DNA from: Alphaproteobacteria bacterium | GTDB taxonomy: Bacteria > Pseudomonadota > Alphaproteobacteria > GCA-2731375 | Length of the DNA stretch: 64,000 nucleotides | Direction: 5' to 3' | NCBI GenBank assembly: GCA_965232515.1 | Contig: CBDDPY010000002.1 | Coordinates: 1,504,001-1,568,000 of the forward strand | Part shown: positions 1-11,231 of the stretch, one piece after another | How the letters are laid out: each line of letters opens with the position of its first letter | Numbering within the stretch: position 1 is the stretch's first letter | Made by a program: the position numbers and the translations under genes | Notes under the pieces: model-generated | Database searches by the model: none | Told to the model about the DNA's origin: nothing | The model's input: only the letters and a program-made list of their open reading frames with translations

Positions 1-1
1 C

Positions 2-676
2 ATCAACCTTGCCAATTTCCTGCTCGTCACCGGCCGCTCGGCCGCTGGCGATCCGGAGGGCGTCGCCCCCGACATGGCCCGCGAGATCGCCAAACGGCTC
101 GACGTCGAGGTCGCCTACGTGCCGTTCGCGACGCCGGGTGAACTCGCAGACGCCTGCGGCGATGACGCCTGGGACATCGGCCTGATCGCCGACGAGCCGG
201 CCCGGGCCGAGACCATCGCCTTCACCGCCGCCTACGTGGAGATCGAGGCCACCTATCTGGTGCCCGCCGGCTCGCCGCTGACGCGCGTCGAGGACGTCGA
301 CCGGGCCGGTGTCCGCATCGCCGTGTCGGGCCGCAGCGCCTACGATCTCTATCTCACCCGGCATCTCAAACAGGCCGAACTCGTCCGCGCCGACGGCATC
401 GACGCCTCCTACGACCTGTTCGTCAACGACGGCCTCGACGCCCTGGCCGGCCTCCGCCCCCGCCTGATCGAAGACGTCGAAAAGCTGCCCGGCGCCCGCA
501 TCCTCGACGGCCGCTTCACCGCCGTGCAGCAGGCCATCGGCACCAAGCGCGGCAGCGACGCCGGCCTCGCGTTCCTCCGCGACTTCGTCGAGGAAGCGAA
601 GGCCGGCGGTCTCGTCGCCCGCCTCATCGACCACCACGGCGTCACCGGCCGCCTGACGGTCGCCCCGCCCGCCTGA
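2..676 (+). CDS. ABC transporter amino-acid substrate-binding protein (family 3), 5'-truncated by window edge
   Basis: Frame is open from base 2 (INLANFLLVTGRSAAGDPEGVAPDMAREIA...). SBP_bac_3-like motifs AFTAAYVEIEATYLVP and DRAGVRIAV. Confidence 0.8.
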   Translation: MNLANFLLVTGRSAAGDPEGVAPDMAREIAKRLDVEVAYVPFATPGELADACGDDAWDIGLIADEPARAETIAFTAAYVEIEATYLVPAGSPLTRVEDVDRAGVRIAVSGRSAYDLYLTRHLKQAELVRADGIDASYDLFVNDGLDALAGLRPRLIEDVEKLPGARILDGRFTAVQQAIGTKRGSDAGLAFLRDFVEEAKAGGLVARLIDHHGVTGRLTVAPPA

Positions 677-690
677 TCCGGAGCCCCAAC

Positions 691-1857
691 ATGCAACTCG
701 CCGACAGAATGAGCCATCTCGGGACCGAGACCGCGTTCGAGGTCCTGGCCCGGGCCAACAAGCTGGCCGCCGAAGGCCGCGACATCATCAATCTCGGCAT
801 CGGTCAGCCGGATTTCAAAACGCCCGACCATATCGTCGAAGCCGGCCGTCAGGCGCTCGCCGACGGGCATCACGGCTATACGCCGGCGAACGGCATTCCA
901 GCCATCCGCGAGGCCGTGGCGGCGGACATTCAGACGTACCGCGGCATCGCCGTCGATCCCGACCATGTCGTCGTCGTGCCGGGCGGCAAGCCGACCATGT
1001 TCTTCGCCTGCCTGATGTTCGGCGAGGCCGGGGCCGAGATCATGTATCCGAACCCCGGCTTTCCGATCTACGAGTCGGCGATCCGGTTCTCCGGCGCGAC
1101 GCCCGTGCCGATCGAGCTGCACGAGGACACCGGCTTTTCCTTCAATGCCGAAGAGGTGCTGGCCAAGATCACGCCTGCGACCCGCCTTATCATCGTCAAC
1201 AGCCCGGCCAACCCGACCGGCGGCGTCGTGCAGAAATCGGATCTCGACACGCTGGTCGAAGGGCTCGCCGCGCACCCGCATGTCGCGGTGATGTCGGACG
1301 AGATCTACAGCCGCATGGTCTACGACAACCAGCCGCATGTCAGCATGCTCGGCTACGAGAGCATCCGCGATCGGCTCATCCTGCTCGACGGCTGGTCCAA
1401 GACCTATGCCATGACCGGCTGGCGGCTGGGCTACGCGGTCTGGCCGGCTAACCTGGTCGAGCAGGCGACGCGGCTCTGCGTCAACGACCACTCCTGCGTC
1501 AACGCCGCCACGCAATTCGCCGGCATCGCCGCGCTGCAGGGACCGCAGGATTCAGTCGACGTCATGACGTCGGCCTTCGACGAGCGCCGACGGGTCATCG
1601 TCGACGAGCTGAACGACATGCCGGGCGTGACCTGCGTGCGGCCGGGCGGCGCCTTCTACGCCTTTCCCAACATCACCGGTACTGGCATGCGCTCCCAGGA
1701 ACTGCAGGAACGGCTGTTGAACGAGGCCGGCGTGGCGGCGATTTCCGGCACCAGCTTCGGGGCGCTGGGCGAAGGCTACCTGCGCTTCTCCTACGCCAAC
1801 TCGACGGAAAACATCCGCGAGGCCATGCGGCGGATGCGGGAACTGCTGAGCGCTTAG
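691..1857 (+). CDS. PLP-dependent class I/II aminotransferase (aspartate aminotransferase-like)
   Basis: INLGIGQPDF, NSPANPTG, SDEIY and DGWSKTYAMTGWRLGY (PLP lysine) motifs. Confidence 0.93.
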   Translation: MQLADRMSHLGTETAFEVLARANKLAAEGRDIINLGIGQPDFKTPDHIVEAGRQALADGHHGYTPANGIPAIREAVAADIQTYRGIAVDPDHVVVVPGGKPTMFFACLMFGEAGAEIMYPNPGFPIYESAIRFSGATPVPIELHEDTGFSFNAEEVLAKITPATRLIIVNSPANPTGGVVQKSDLDTLVEGLAAHPHVAVMSDEIYSRMVYDNQPHVSMLGYESIRDRLILLDGWSKTYAMTGWRLGYAVWPANLVEQATRLCVNDHSCVNAATQFAGIAALQGPQDSVDVMTSAFDERRRVIVDELNDMPGVTCVRPGGAFYAFPNITGTGMRSQELQERLLNEAGVAAISGTSFGALGEGYLRFSYANSTENIREAMRRMRELLSA

Positions 1858-1872
1858 CCCGGGCCGACGGCG

Positions 1873-3162
1873 CTACGCCGCCTTCTTCGCGCGGCGGATG
1901 ATCCTGGCCGGCTTCTGGGCCGTGCGGCGCTTGAACTCGGTGGCGCGGATCATCTCGCGGATGCGCGGCTGGATCTCGGTCCGCCAGCGCGTGCCGTTGA
2001 ATACGCCGTAATGGCCGACGCCCGGCTGTACGTAGTGATAATGATCGTCGATCGGTACGTTGACGCAAAGGTCGTGCGCCGCCTCGGTCTGGCCCAGGCC
2101 GCAGATATCGTCTTTCTCGCCCTCGACCGTCATCAGCGCCGTCTTGCGGATCGCGGAGCAATCGACGCGTTCGCCGCGATGCATCATCTTGCCTTCCGGC
2201 AGGGCGTGGTCCTGGAACACCGTCTTCACGGTCTGCAGATAGAACTCCGCCGGCAGGTCCATGACCGCCAGGTATTCTTCATAGAACTTGCGGTGCTGCA
2301 GCACCGAGTCGCCGTCACCCTCGACGAGGTGGTTGTAGAGGTCCCAGTGGGCGTTCACGTGCCGGTCGAGGTTCATGGTCATGAAGCCGCTGAGCTGCAG
2401 GAAGCCCGGATAGACCTTGCGCATGAAGCCGGGATGCGGCCAGGGCACGGTGGAGATTACCGATTTCTCGAACCAGGAGATGTCCCGGGTCATGGCCAGG
2501 CGGTTGACTTCGGTCGGATTGCGGCGGGTATCGATCGGGCCGCCCATCAGCGTCAGTGACGCCGGCTGGAACGGGTCCTTGCGGGCCGCCATCAGGGCCG
2601 TCGCCATCAGCGCCGGCACCGCCGGCTGGCAGACCGCGATGACGTGCGTGTTCGGGCCGAGCCAGCGCACGAAGTCGATGATGTAGTCGATATAGGTATC
2701 GAGATCGAACCGGCCGTCGCTGTACGGCACCATGCGGGCATCGCGCCAGTCGGTGATGTAGAGGTTGTGCTCGGGGATCATCGCCTTCACGGTGCCGCGC
2801 AGCAGCGTCGCGAAGTGACCTGACAATGGCGCGACCAGCAGCACCTTCGGATCGTAGCGCTTGCCGCAAACCCGCTCGTCGCGATCGAAATGCAAAAGAT
2901 CGCAGAATGGCTTCGACAGCACGATCTGCTCTTCCACCGGCACCGGCAGGCCGTGGATCTTGGTCTCTGTGATCCCGAATTCGGGCTTGCCGTAGCGGCG
3001 GGTGACGCTCTCGAACACCTCGCAGGCCGCTGCCATGGGTTTGGCCATCGGCGTATAGAACCAGGGGCTGAAGGGACTGGTGCCGAGATGCTGCATCACT
3101 TGCGAGGCGAGCCGCGCCGGCTTGACCATGGTGTGCATCATTTCGAACGCGTGATACAGCAT
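1873..3162 (-). CDS. phaZ: Intracellular polyhydroxyalkanoate (PHB) depolymerase
   Basis: VAPLSGHFATLLRGTV, AVCQP catalytic Cys, TVEGEKDDICG and VGHYGVFNG. Start set at MLYHAFEM (ATG 3162). Confidence 0.92.
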   Translation of the reverse strand: MLYHAFEMMHTMVKPARLASQVMQHLGTSPFSPWFYTPMAKPMAAACEVFESVTRRYGKPEFGITETKIHGLPVPVEEQIVLSKPFCDLLHFDRDERVCGKRYDPKVLLVAPLSGHFATLLRGTVKAMIPEHNLYITDWRDARMVPYSDGRFDLDTYIDYIIDFVRWLGPNTHVIAVCQPAVPALMATALMAARKDPFQPASLTLMGGPIDTRRNPTEVNRLAMTRDISWFEKSVISTVPWPHPGFMRKVYPGFLQLSGFMTMNLDRHVNAHWDLYNHLVEGDGDSVLQHRKFYEEYLAVMDLPAEFYLQTVKTVFQDHALPEGKMMHRGERVDCSAIRKTALMTVEGEKDDICGLGQTEAAHDLCVNVPIDDHYHYVQPGVGHYGVFNGTRWRTEIQPRIREMIRATEFKRRTAQKPARIIRRAKKAA

Positions 3163-3403
3163 ATGTCGGTGGTCCTGTGAACGATGGAGGGCCGCCCGAC
3201 AGCGTTCCGACCCAAACACATCCGGCACTTACCCGCGGAGGCTGGATGTTAGCGCATTCCATGTTGCAGCGCAAAATCGCGCCCCGCGCCGTGACCGTCT
3301 CGACGGCCAACAGAAGCGGTCATTGCGACGATCGACAATCCTGGTCGGCTGGACCGGCGGCATCACATGGTCATAGACTGAATTGTTTATTTTTTTGGCA
3401 ATC

Positions 3404-3442
3404 TGCACAAATCGACAGCATAATTCGCACCCAACATGGCGC
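3404..3442 (+). promoter_or_regulatory. Possible NtrC-type enhancer sites upstream of glnB
   Basis: TGCACAAATCGACAGCA (3404-3420) and CGCACCCAACATGGCGC (3426-3442) loosely match TGCAC-N7-GTGCA, 50-90 bp upstream of the sigma54 site. Confidence 0.45.
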
Positions 3443-3493
3443 CGGCGAGAGATCCGCGTTGGAAAACACCCACATTTCTGCGATTTCTCGGCT

Positions 3494-3509
3494 TGGCACG
3501 CCATATGCT
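3494..3509 (+). promoter_or_regulatory. sigma54 (-24/-12) promoter of glnB-glnA
   Basis: TGGCACG-CCAT-ATGCT with GG-N10-GC spacing, in the expected position upstream of glnB. Confidence 0.85.
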
Positions 3510-3559
3510 TCTAATGGACGCGTCGCGTCTCGGCGCCGCGACCGGTCGTCACCATCTGA

Positions 3560-3913
<354 letters not shown>

Positions 3914-3974
3914 GGGCTGGCGCTTGCGCATTACTGAATAACCGAACTCTGTCGACAGGAAAGGTTCAACAAGA

Positions 3975-5399
<1,425 letters not shown>

Positions 5400-5436
5400 C
5401 CGGACTTTCACCGATCGGGGCTGGCCCCGTTTAAGC

Positions 5437-5475
5437 GACGGCCGCTTCGAGGGATCGAAGCGGCCGTTGTCTTTT
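5437..5475 (+). terminator. Rho-independent terminator after glnA, probably bidirectional
   Basis: Stem GACGGCCGCTTCGA / TCGAAGCGGCCGTT with GGGA loop, followed by GTCTTTT. Confidence 0.8.
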
Positions 5476-5489
5476 CCGGCAAATCGCGG

Positions 5490-6041
5490 TTAGCGCAAGC
5501 CCAGACGTGCTTCCTTCGCCTTCACCAGCGCCGTGACGACGTCGTTGTACGGCGTGTCGATACCAACGGCGCGCGCGGCAACCGGGATCGCACCGTTGAT
5601 GACGTCGATCTCGGACCGACGGCCATCCAGCAGGTCGAGCAGCATGGACGGCCGGGCGTTGGGGATCTTCTCGCCGAACGCCCGCACGTAGGCGACCGGC
5701 TCGCTGAAATCGAGCGCGATGTTCTTGGCCCGCGCCACCTTATAGGCCTCCGCTGCGCAGCCCGACGCGACCCGCCAGGCGTCGTCGTTGGCCATGACCT
5801 TGCCAACGGTCAGCTCGGTAATGGCGCAGGTGCCGCTAAAGCAGACGTTGCAGATCAGCTTCTCCCAGATCATCCGGTGGATGTCGTCGAAGGTCCGGAC
5901 GTTGAAGCCGGCATCGCGCCAGACCTGCGCCACTTTTTCTAGGCGCGGCGTCACCGGCCCTTCCCGCTCGCCGAGGCGCACCAGCTCCATGCCGTTGTGG
6001 TGCGCATGGCCCGCCCCCTTCATCGACGTGCCGAAACCGCC
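5490..6041 (-). pseudogene. Duplicated 3' ~60% of ketopantoate reductase gene, with no 5' end
   Basis: Direct repeat of 10305-10856 (offset 4815 bp), about 20 mismatches in ~552 bp by eye. Encodes GGFG...KAKEARLGLR. Confidence 0.9.
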
Positions 6042-6115
6042 CCGGCTGCTCGACGGCCTCATCAACGGCCAGAAGTTCCGGACCTTTGTAGTGAACCTGC
6101 TATTCCCAACACTTA

Positions 6116-7032
6116 GAGGCTGTCTTGAAACAGGGAGTTGGGGGTGGATGGCCGGTTTCAGATGTGATTCCAAACGGTTGTCTAAGCCTGTTTGGAGAAT
6201 CTCATGTGGACGCCGACCACCCGACGCCAGCATGGCCGCGATCATTTGCGTTATGGAAGCGACCTGAGCGATGCGGAGTGGGAGATTGTCGCCCCGTTCA
6301 TGCCGCCGCCGGCGAGCACAGGCCGGCCCCGGGAATGGCCGATGCGCGAGATCATGAACGCTATCTTCTACGTGCTGCGGGCTGGCTGCGCCTGGCGCAT
6401 GCTGCCGAAGGACTTTCCGCCGATGACGACGGTCTACGGTTGGTTCCTGCGCTTCCGCCGCGAGGGGCTGTTTGAGACCATCAACCACCATCTCGTCATG
6501 CTCGAGCGCGAGCGGGTCGGCAGAGAGGCCAGCCCGTCGGCAGCGGTTATCGACAGCTAGAGCGTCAAGACGGTCGAGGCCGGTGGTCCCAGGGGCTACG
6601 ACGGGGCCAAGAAGATAAAGGGCCGCAAGCGCCATGCCATGGTCGATACCGACGCGCGCGCCCTGGTGATCCAGGCTCACCCGGCCGATGTCCAAGATCG
6701 CGACGGCGCGATCCCCCTGCTTCAGGCATCGCGAAGTTCCTTCCCTTTCCTCGAGCTCGCCTTCGCCGACAGCGCCTACAACGCAGACCGAGTCAGAGAC
6801 GCCACCTCGATCGCCATCAGGGTCGTCAAGAAGATGGCCGATCAGGTTGGTTTCCAGGTCTTGCCAAGACGATGGGTGGTCGAGCGCTTCTTCGCCTGGA
6901 TCAACCGCAATCGACGGCTGGCCAAGGACTTCGAAGCGACAATCGCCTCCGCCGAGGCCTTCCTCTACGCCGCCTCGGTCATGCTCCTAACCCGACGATT
7001 GGCCCGACATGCATGAGTTTCGAGTCGGACTC
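6116..7032 (+). mobile_element. IS5-family (IS1031-like) insertion sequence, 917 bp
   Basis: Imperfect TIRs GAGGCTGTCTTGAAAC / GTTTCGAGTCGGACTC (12/16 match). TTA target duplication at 6113-6115 and 7033-7035. Confidence 0.88.
6204..7016 (+). pseudogene. IS5 transposase with one in-frame nonsense codon
   Basis: MWTPTTRRQH...YGSDLSDAEW...IDS*SVKT (TAG at 6558-6560 where Gln is usual). The same frame continues to RRWVVERFFAWINRNRRLAKDFE. Confidence 0.88.
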
Positions 7033-7337
7033 TTAAGCGTATCGACATCGTCGTCATGGATAATCTGAGCAGCCACAGGGTACTGCAGTATCTCAAGTAA
7101 CCCGAACGGCCAGCACCAAGCTGTTCTCCCCGCCGAAAAACTCGCCTGACCTGAAACGCATCGGGCAGTATTTCGCAAAGCTCAAGCTCCTGCAAAGCAA
7201 GGCCGCCGCCCCTAGCCCAGACACTATCGGCGCAGCTCGCTGTGTACTGCTCGTGATCTTCACGCCGCAGATGAGATCAAAGTCACCATTGAGAATGATG
7301 AGCCGTTCGAAGTCCCACTTTCGGGCTTGGGTCTGCC

Positions 7338-7620
7338 ATGGCCGGCATCGACTACCACCTAATCAACCAAACGATCTCTGGACCAATTGACAGGACGAAC
7401 GCTGAACCGAAAAATCACGGAGGCCATCGTCCACCGCTACTATTGCAACAGCCTCGACCAGCGTCGGGGCTAGCTTGCCGGCTTCATCAATGCATACAAC
7501 TTCGCAGAGCAAATCAACATCCTCAAAGATCTTGCGTCCGACGAATACATCTGCAACTCTGAGCTGAAAAATTAAAGTGGTTCGGGCTCGATGAGTTTAA
7601 CGCATGACCAACCCAAATAT
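7338..7620 (+). mobile_element. Heavily decayed IS481-family transposase C-terminal remnant
   Basis: Frameshifted pieces GIDYHL, ITEAIVHRYYCNSLDQ, LAGFINAYNFA and DEYICN resemble the IS481 C-terminus (GIEHRL..TIKEATVKRYHY..FIAAYNFA..YEYIC). Confidence 0.6.
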
Positions 7621-8015
7621 CAAATCGATCAATCGTGCATCTGCCAATCGCCGACCCTGTCACATTAAATTTTGCACTTGTCTTTGTTCAAGCTAGGATT
7701 ATTGGCAGTAGGAGAGATAAAATGCCCATCTTGTCCAGAATAAGTTCAAATGACAACATCTTTCGAAAAAGAATGATTGGCGCTTCTTAATTTATTTGTA
7801 CTCTAATTCAATGAAAGGTCCACCTTTTTATTTAATGGATTATTGAAAAATCAGACTCCACTGTCGACGGCAAGACGAAAGAGTCAACGGACACATTTTC
7901 ATGAATTGCATGCATGAATGATCAATGCTCCAAAGACGAATTAAGCTCGAGCGAAAACGTGTCTCGAATAACTTCTTAGCAGCCTGCTGGAGCGTTTTCG
8001 ATTGGGGAGGAAACC

Positions 8016-9614
8016 ATGCCCGCAAACATCGAATATGTATCGGCTGGTACAGGCGAGTTTGATAATTTATTTGGTGGCAAAGGCATCATTGTGGACCCTG
8101 CAACGGGTACGTCCATGTTGATCGAAGGAGACGCTGGAATTGGCAAAACCACATTGGCGCTTCAACTAGCAACAACAGCAGTCAGAGAAAACAATACTTC
8201 ATGCCTGTATTATAGCTTTGAGCAGTCGGCTCACGAAATAAAGACGCTTGTCGATATTCACAATTGGGAGGTTCCGACCTCGATAATAAGTTGGCCAGAC
8301 TACCACCTTCCAGACATCAAAAGTCGTTTCACAATAGTTGATGCGCATTCTGTTATTGGTGTTGAATTTGGAGATTCTCTAGACAAAATTGAATCTCACA
8401 CAAAAGCAATTGAAGACAAAGGATTTCCGTCCCCCATTGTGGTGCTCGACAGTATTGGAGCTGTCGAAAACCTCAGAAAAATGGAACGACCTCTCATCAG
8501 CAGACTAATCAGTAAAATGAGACAGTTAGATGCGGTGCTGATCTTAGTTCGTGAACACCATGGCGAACCCGCTGTGTCAGAATATCTTACAAATGTGGTT
8601 ATAGATTTGCAGAAAGAATACACATTACTCGTTAGGCACTCCCTAAATGACACTGGTCAGTTTAGCTTGCCAAGCACGACAATGATGGAAATTAAGAAGG
8701 CGCGAAACCAGAATGCGGATCGAGGACCGCACCGCTATGAGATACGAGGGTCGAAAGATGGAGCCGTTGGTGGAATTTACGTATATCCATCTCTACAGGC
8801 TGTTGCGAAGGCCACCGAGATTAGTGGCCTATCAAGCGATCTAATCGATCGGCATGATCGCGCGCCGTTCGGTGTCCCGGCGCTAGACATGGCGTTAGAT
8901 GATGATGTTAGTGGAGCAGCAAGTCATCCAAGGCACTACAGCACAGCGGATGATCGAAGTAGGGGAATGCTGCGCGGGCAGAGTTTACTTGTTAAAGGAC
9001 CGCCCGGAAGCTTGAAGACCGAGCTGGGCATTCGATTTTTGCTCGAAGGCCTCAGAAATTCCCAGGTGGAGCGGGCTTTGTTTGTTAGCTGCAGGCTGGA
9101 TCGGATAGCGCTGCAAGATCTGCAGCTATATCGCGATGACGACGAGAAAGCAGAGTTCATGGAACGCCTGCAATTTGTCGATGCTCGTCACCCATACATG
9201 GCGCCAGAACAAACGATGTCGAAGATAAAGGAGGCAGTTGAAGGGAATTTCGGAGCGAACTGCCAACAACAACCAATCGAGCGCGCGGTGATATTTGGTA
9301 TAGGAATGCTAGATACGCTGCCTGCTTTTCAGCGCGACTCATTACCATTTCTACAAGTGCTGATTGCATATTTTCGAAGCCGGCGGATTAGTGGCGTTTT
9401 CATTGATTGGCCACGACCGGACGTCGATCGAAGTACTCAGCTACTTCGACCCACGGAGCTAGCCGGCGAGTTTGTAGCCGGTGCCATAGATATACGCGAA
9501 GCTGATAAGAAGTTGATACTAACTAGGAAGAATCATCGCTTTATTGACAGAGAATTAGGTTACCTTCGACTCGAAGATGGTGAGCTAATAATGGACGATG
9601 AAGTCTCAAAATGA
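8016..9614 (+). CDS. Two-domain RecA-superfamily (KaiC/RAD55-like) ATPase
   Basis: Walker A EGDAGIGKT, YYSFEQS, Walker B VVLDSIG, EIKKARN; second Walker A KGPPGSLKT. Low GC; RBS GGAGG. Confidence 0.75.
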   Translation: MPANIEYVSAGTGEFDNLFGGKGIIVDPATGTSMLIEGDAGIGKTTLALQLATTAVRENNTSCLYYSFEQSAHEIKTLVDIHNWEVPTSIISWPDYHLPDIKSRFTIVDAHSVIGVEFGDSLDKIESHTKAIEDKGFPSPIVVLDSIGAVENLRKMERPLISRLISKMRQLDAVLILVREHHGEPAVSEYLTNVVIDLQKEYTLLVRHSLNDTGQFSLPSTTMMEIKKARNQNADRGPHRYEIRGSKDGAVGGIYVYPSLQAVAKATEISGLSSDLIDRHDRAPFGVPALDMALDDDVSGAASHPRHYSTADDRSRGMLRGQSLLVKGPPGSLKTELGIRFLLEGLRNSQVERALFVSCRLDRIALQDLQLYRDDDEKAEFMERLQFVDARHPYMAPEQTMSKIKEAVEGNFGANCQQQPIERAVIFGIGMLDTLPAFQRDSLPFLQVLIAYFRSRRISGVFIDWPRPDVDRSTQLLRPTELAGEFVAGAIDIREADKKLILTRKNHRFIDRELGYLRLEDGELIMDDEVSK

Positions 9615-10084
9615 ATGACTATATTTCATTTAAAGACGTTTTGCCGCTACTCACATTCATCGCGGGTTATGTACTTAGCACCACGCATCGATGGTATGAC
9701 AAGACGGTTGAAAGAAAAAGCATAAGAATCCTTCTTAAAATGGAATTATCACAAAATATTCAAATAATAAAAGAAGGAATTAGCGCAAAAAATATTAAAT
9801 TTTTACCAATAATTAACTCTCTTTCGTCTACAATTTACGAAAATTCATTAAACCGCCTATCATTATTGAATCGTGATGAAATAGTCATTGTTTTTAAAGC
9901 ATATGAAAATATACACAAATGCACACAGCATTATGATCTAATAGCGGAGTTCTTAGGAAAAGAAGCAGCGACAGAGACCGAAAAAAAGAATAGGGATCGC
10001 TTAATTGAGATGCTAATGAGTAATCTTGAGGCTGCTTTGTCCTCGAATCAACAAGCTCATAATGCAATGCAGATGAGACATTAA
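9611..10084 (+). CDS. Hypothetical protein with N-terminal membrane helix
   Basis: ATGA overlap with the ATPase stop; hydrophobic VLPLLTFIAGYVLS; very AT-rich. Confidence 0.7.
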   Translation: MNDYISFKDVLPLLTFIAGYVLSTTHRWYDKTVERKSIRILLKMELSQNIQIIKEGISAKNIKFLPIINSLSSTIYENSLNRLSLLNRDEIVIVFKAYENIHKCTQHYDLIAEFLGKEAATETEKKNRDRLIEMLMSNLEAALSSNQQAHNAMQMRH

Positions 10085-10304
10085 GCCGTTAATACAATAT
10101 AGCATGTCTAAAAATCAACACTTTGTCCGATTGGAAAAAACCCATTCAGTACGGTCAAAAAAACATAGACCGGATATCACAACGAAACAATGATCATCAC
10201 TCTAATCTCATTAGAATTCGGCTAAGTTCGCTTGCCAAGCCATACAAATTGGGATTCATTTCTGAGCTCGTGAAAGACGCCCTATAGTCGTCGAAAAATG
10301 AGCG

Positions 10305-11231
10305 CTAACGCAAGCCCAGACGCACTTCCTTCGCCTTCACCAGCGCCGTGACGACGTCGTTGTACGGCGTGTCGATACCAACGGCGCGCGCGGCAACCGG
10401 GATCGCACCGTTGATGACGTCGATCTCGGACCGACGGCCATCCAGCAGGTCGAGCAGCATGGACGGCCGGGCGTTGGGGATCTTCTCGCCGAACGCCCGC
10501 ACGTAGGCGACCGGCTCGCTGAAATCGAGCGCGATGTTCTTGGCCCGCGCTACCTTATAGGCCTCCGCTGCGCAGCCCGACGCGACCCGCCAGGCGTCGT
10601 CGTTGGCCATGATCTCGCCAACGGTCAGTTCGGTAATGGCGCAGGTGCCGCTGAAGCAGACGTTGCAGATCAGCTTCTCCCAGATCATCCGGTGGATGTC
10701 GTCGAAGGTCCGGACGTTGAAGCCGGCATCGCGCCAGACCTGCGCCGCATTTTCGAGGCGCGGCGTCACCGGCCCTTCCCGCTCGCCGAGGCGGACCAGC
10801 TCCATGCCGTTGTGATGCGCATGCCCCGGACCTTTCATCGACGCGCCGAAGCCGCCGACGACGCCGATCGTGACGCGCTCCGGGCCCAACGCGTCAGCCA
10901 CCTTGTCGGCGCTGCCGAGACCGTTCTGGATGGTCAGCACGGTCGTATCGGCGCCGATCAGGTCGCGGACGTCGGCCGCCGCCTTTTCCACATGCATGGC
11001 CTTGGTGGCGATGATCACCATGTCGCACGGTCCCGCGTCGGCCGCCGACGTCGTGGCCTTGAGGCGCACCGTGCGGTCGCCGCTCGCCCCCTCCACACGC
11101 AAGCCGCGCTCGTTCATGGCCGCCACGTGTTCGGGCCAGGCGTCGATGGCCCAGACCTCGTTGCCGGCGTCGGCCAGCAACGCGGCATAGACCGAACCCA
11201 TCGCCCCGGTGCCGACGACGGCGATTTTCAT
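10305..11231 (-). CDS. panE: Ketopantoate reductase (2-dehydropantoate 2-reductase) family
   Basis: MKIAVVGTGAMG, IIATKA, TIQNGLG, IWEKLICN, SMLLD, RSEIDVINGAI. Confidence 0.88.
   Translation of the reverse strand: MKIAVVGTGAMGSVYAALLADAGNEVWAIDAWPEHVAAMNERGLRVEGASGDRTVRLKATTSAADAGPCDMVIIATKAMHVEKAAADVRDLIGADTTVLTIQNGLGSADKVADALGPERVTIGVVGGFGASMKGPGHAHHNGMELVRLGEREGPVTPRLENAAQVWRDAGFNVRTFDDIHRMIWEKLICNVCFSGTCAITELTVGEIMANDDAWRVASGCAAEAYKVARAKNIALDFSEPVAYVRAFGEKIPNARPSMLLDLLDGRRSEIDVINGAIPVAARAVGIDTPYNDVVTALVKAKEVRLGLR

Larger units (their letters stand above)
6042..7275 (+). mobile_element. IS630-family transposase remnant interrupted by an IS5 element
   Basis: LLDGLINGQKFRTFVVNLLFPTL (6042-6115) rejoins in frame with KRIDIVVMDNLSSH (7036 onward) once the IS5 and one TTA are removed. 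Later NSPDLKRIGQYFAKLK resembles IS630 YSPDLNPIEQAFAKLK. Confidence 0.75.

Noticed and set aside
5490-6695. 401-aa minus-strand ORF as a novel fusion protein
   Set aside because: It is the antisense of the IS5/IS630 sequence running by chance into the duplicated panE tail.
8016-9614. Bona fide circadian kaiC
   Set aside because: No kaiA or kaiB, the second domain is degenerate and no KaiC S/T phosphosite motif is recognisable.
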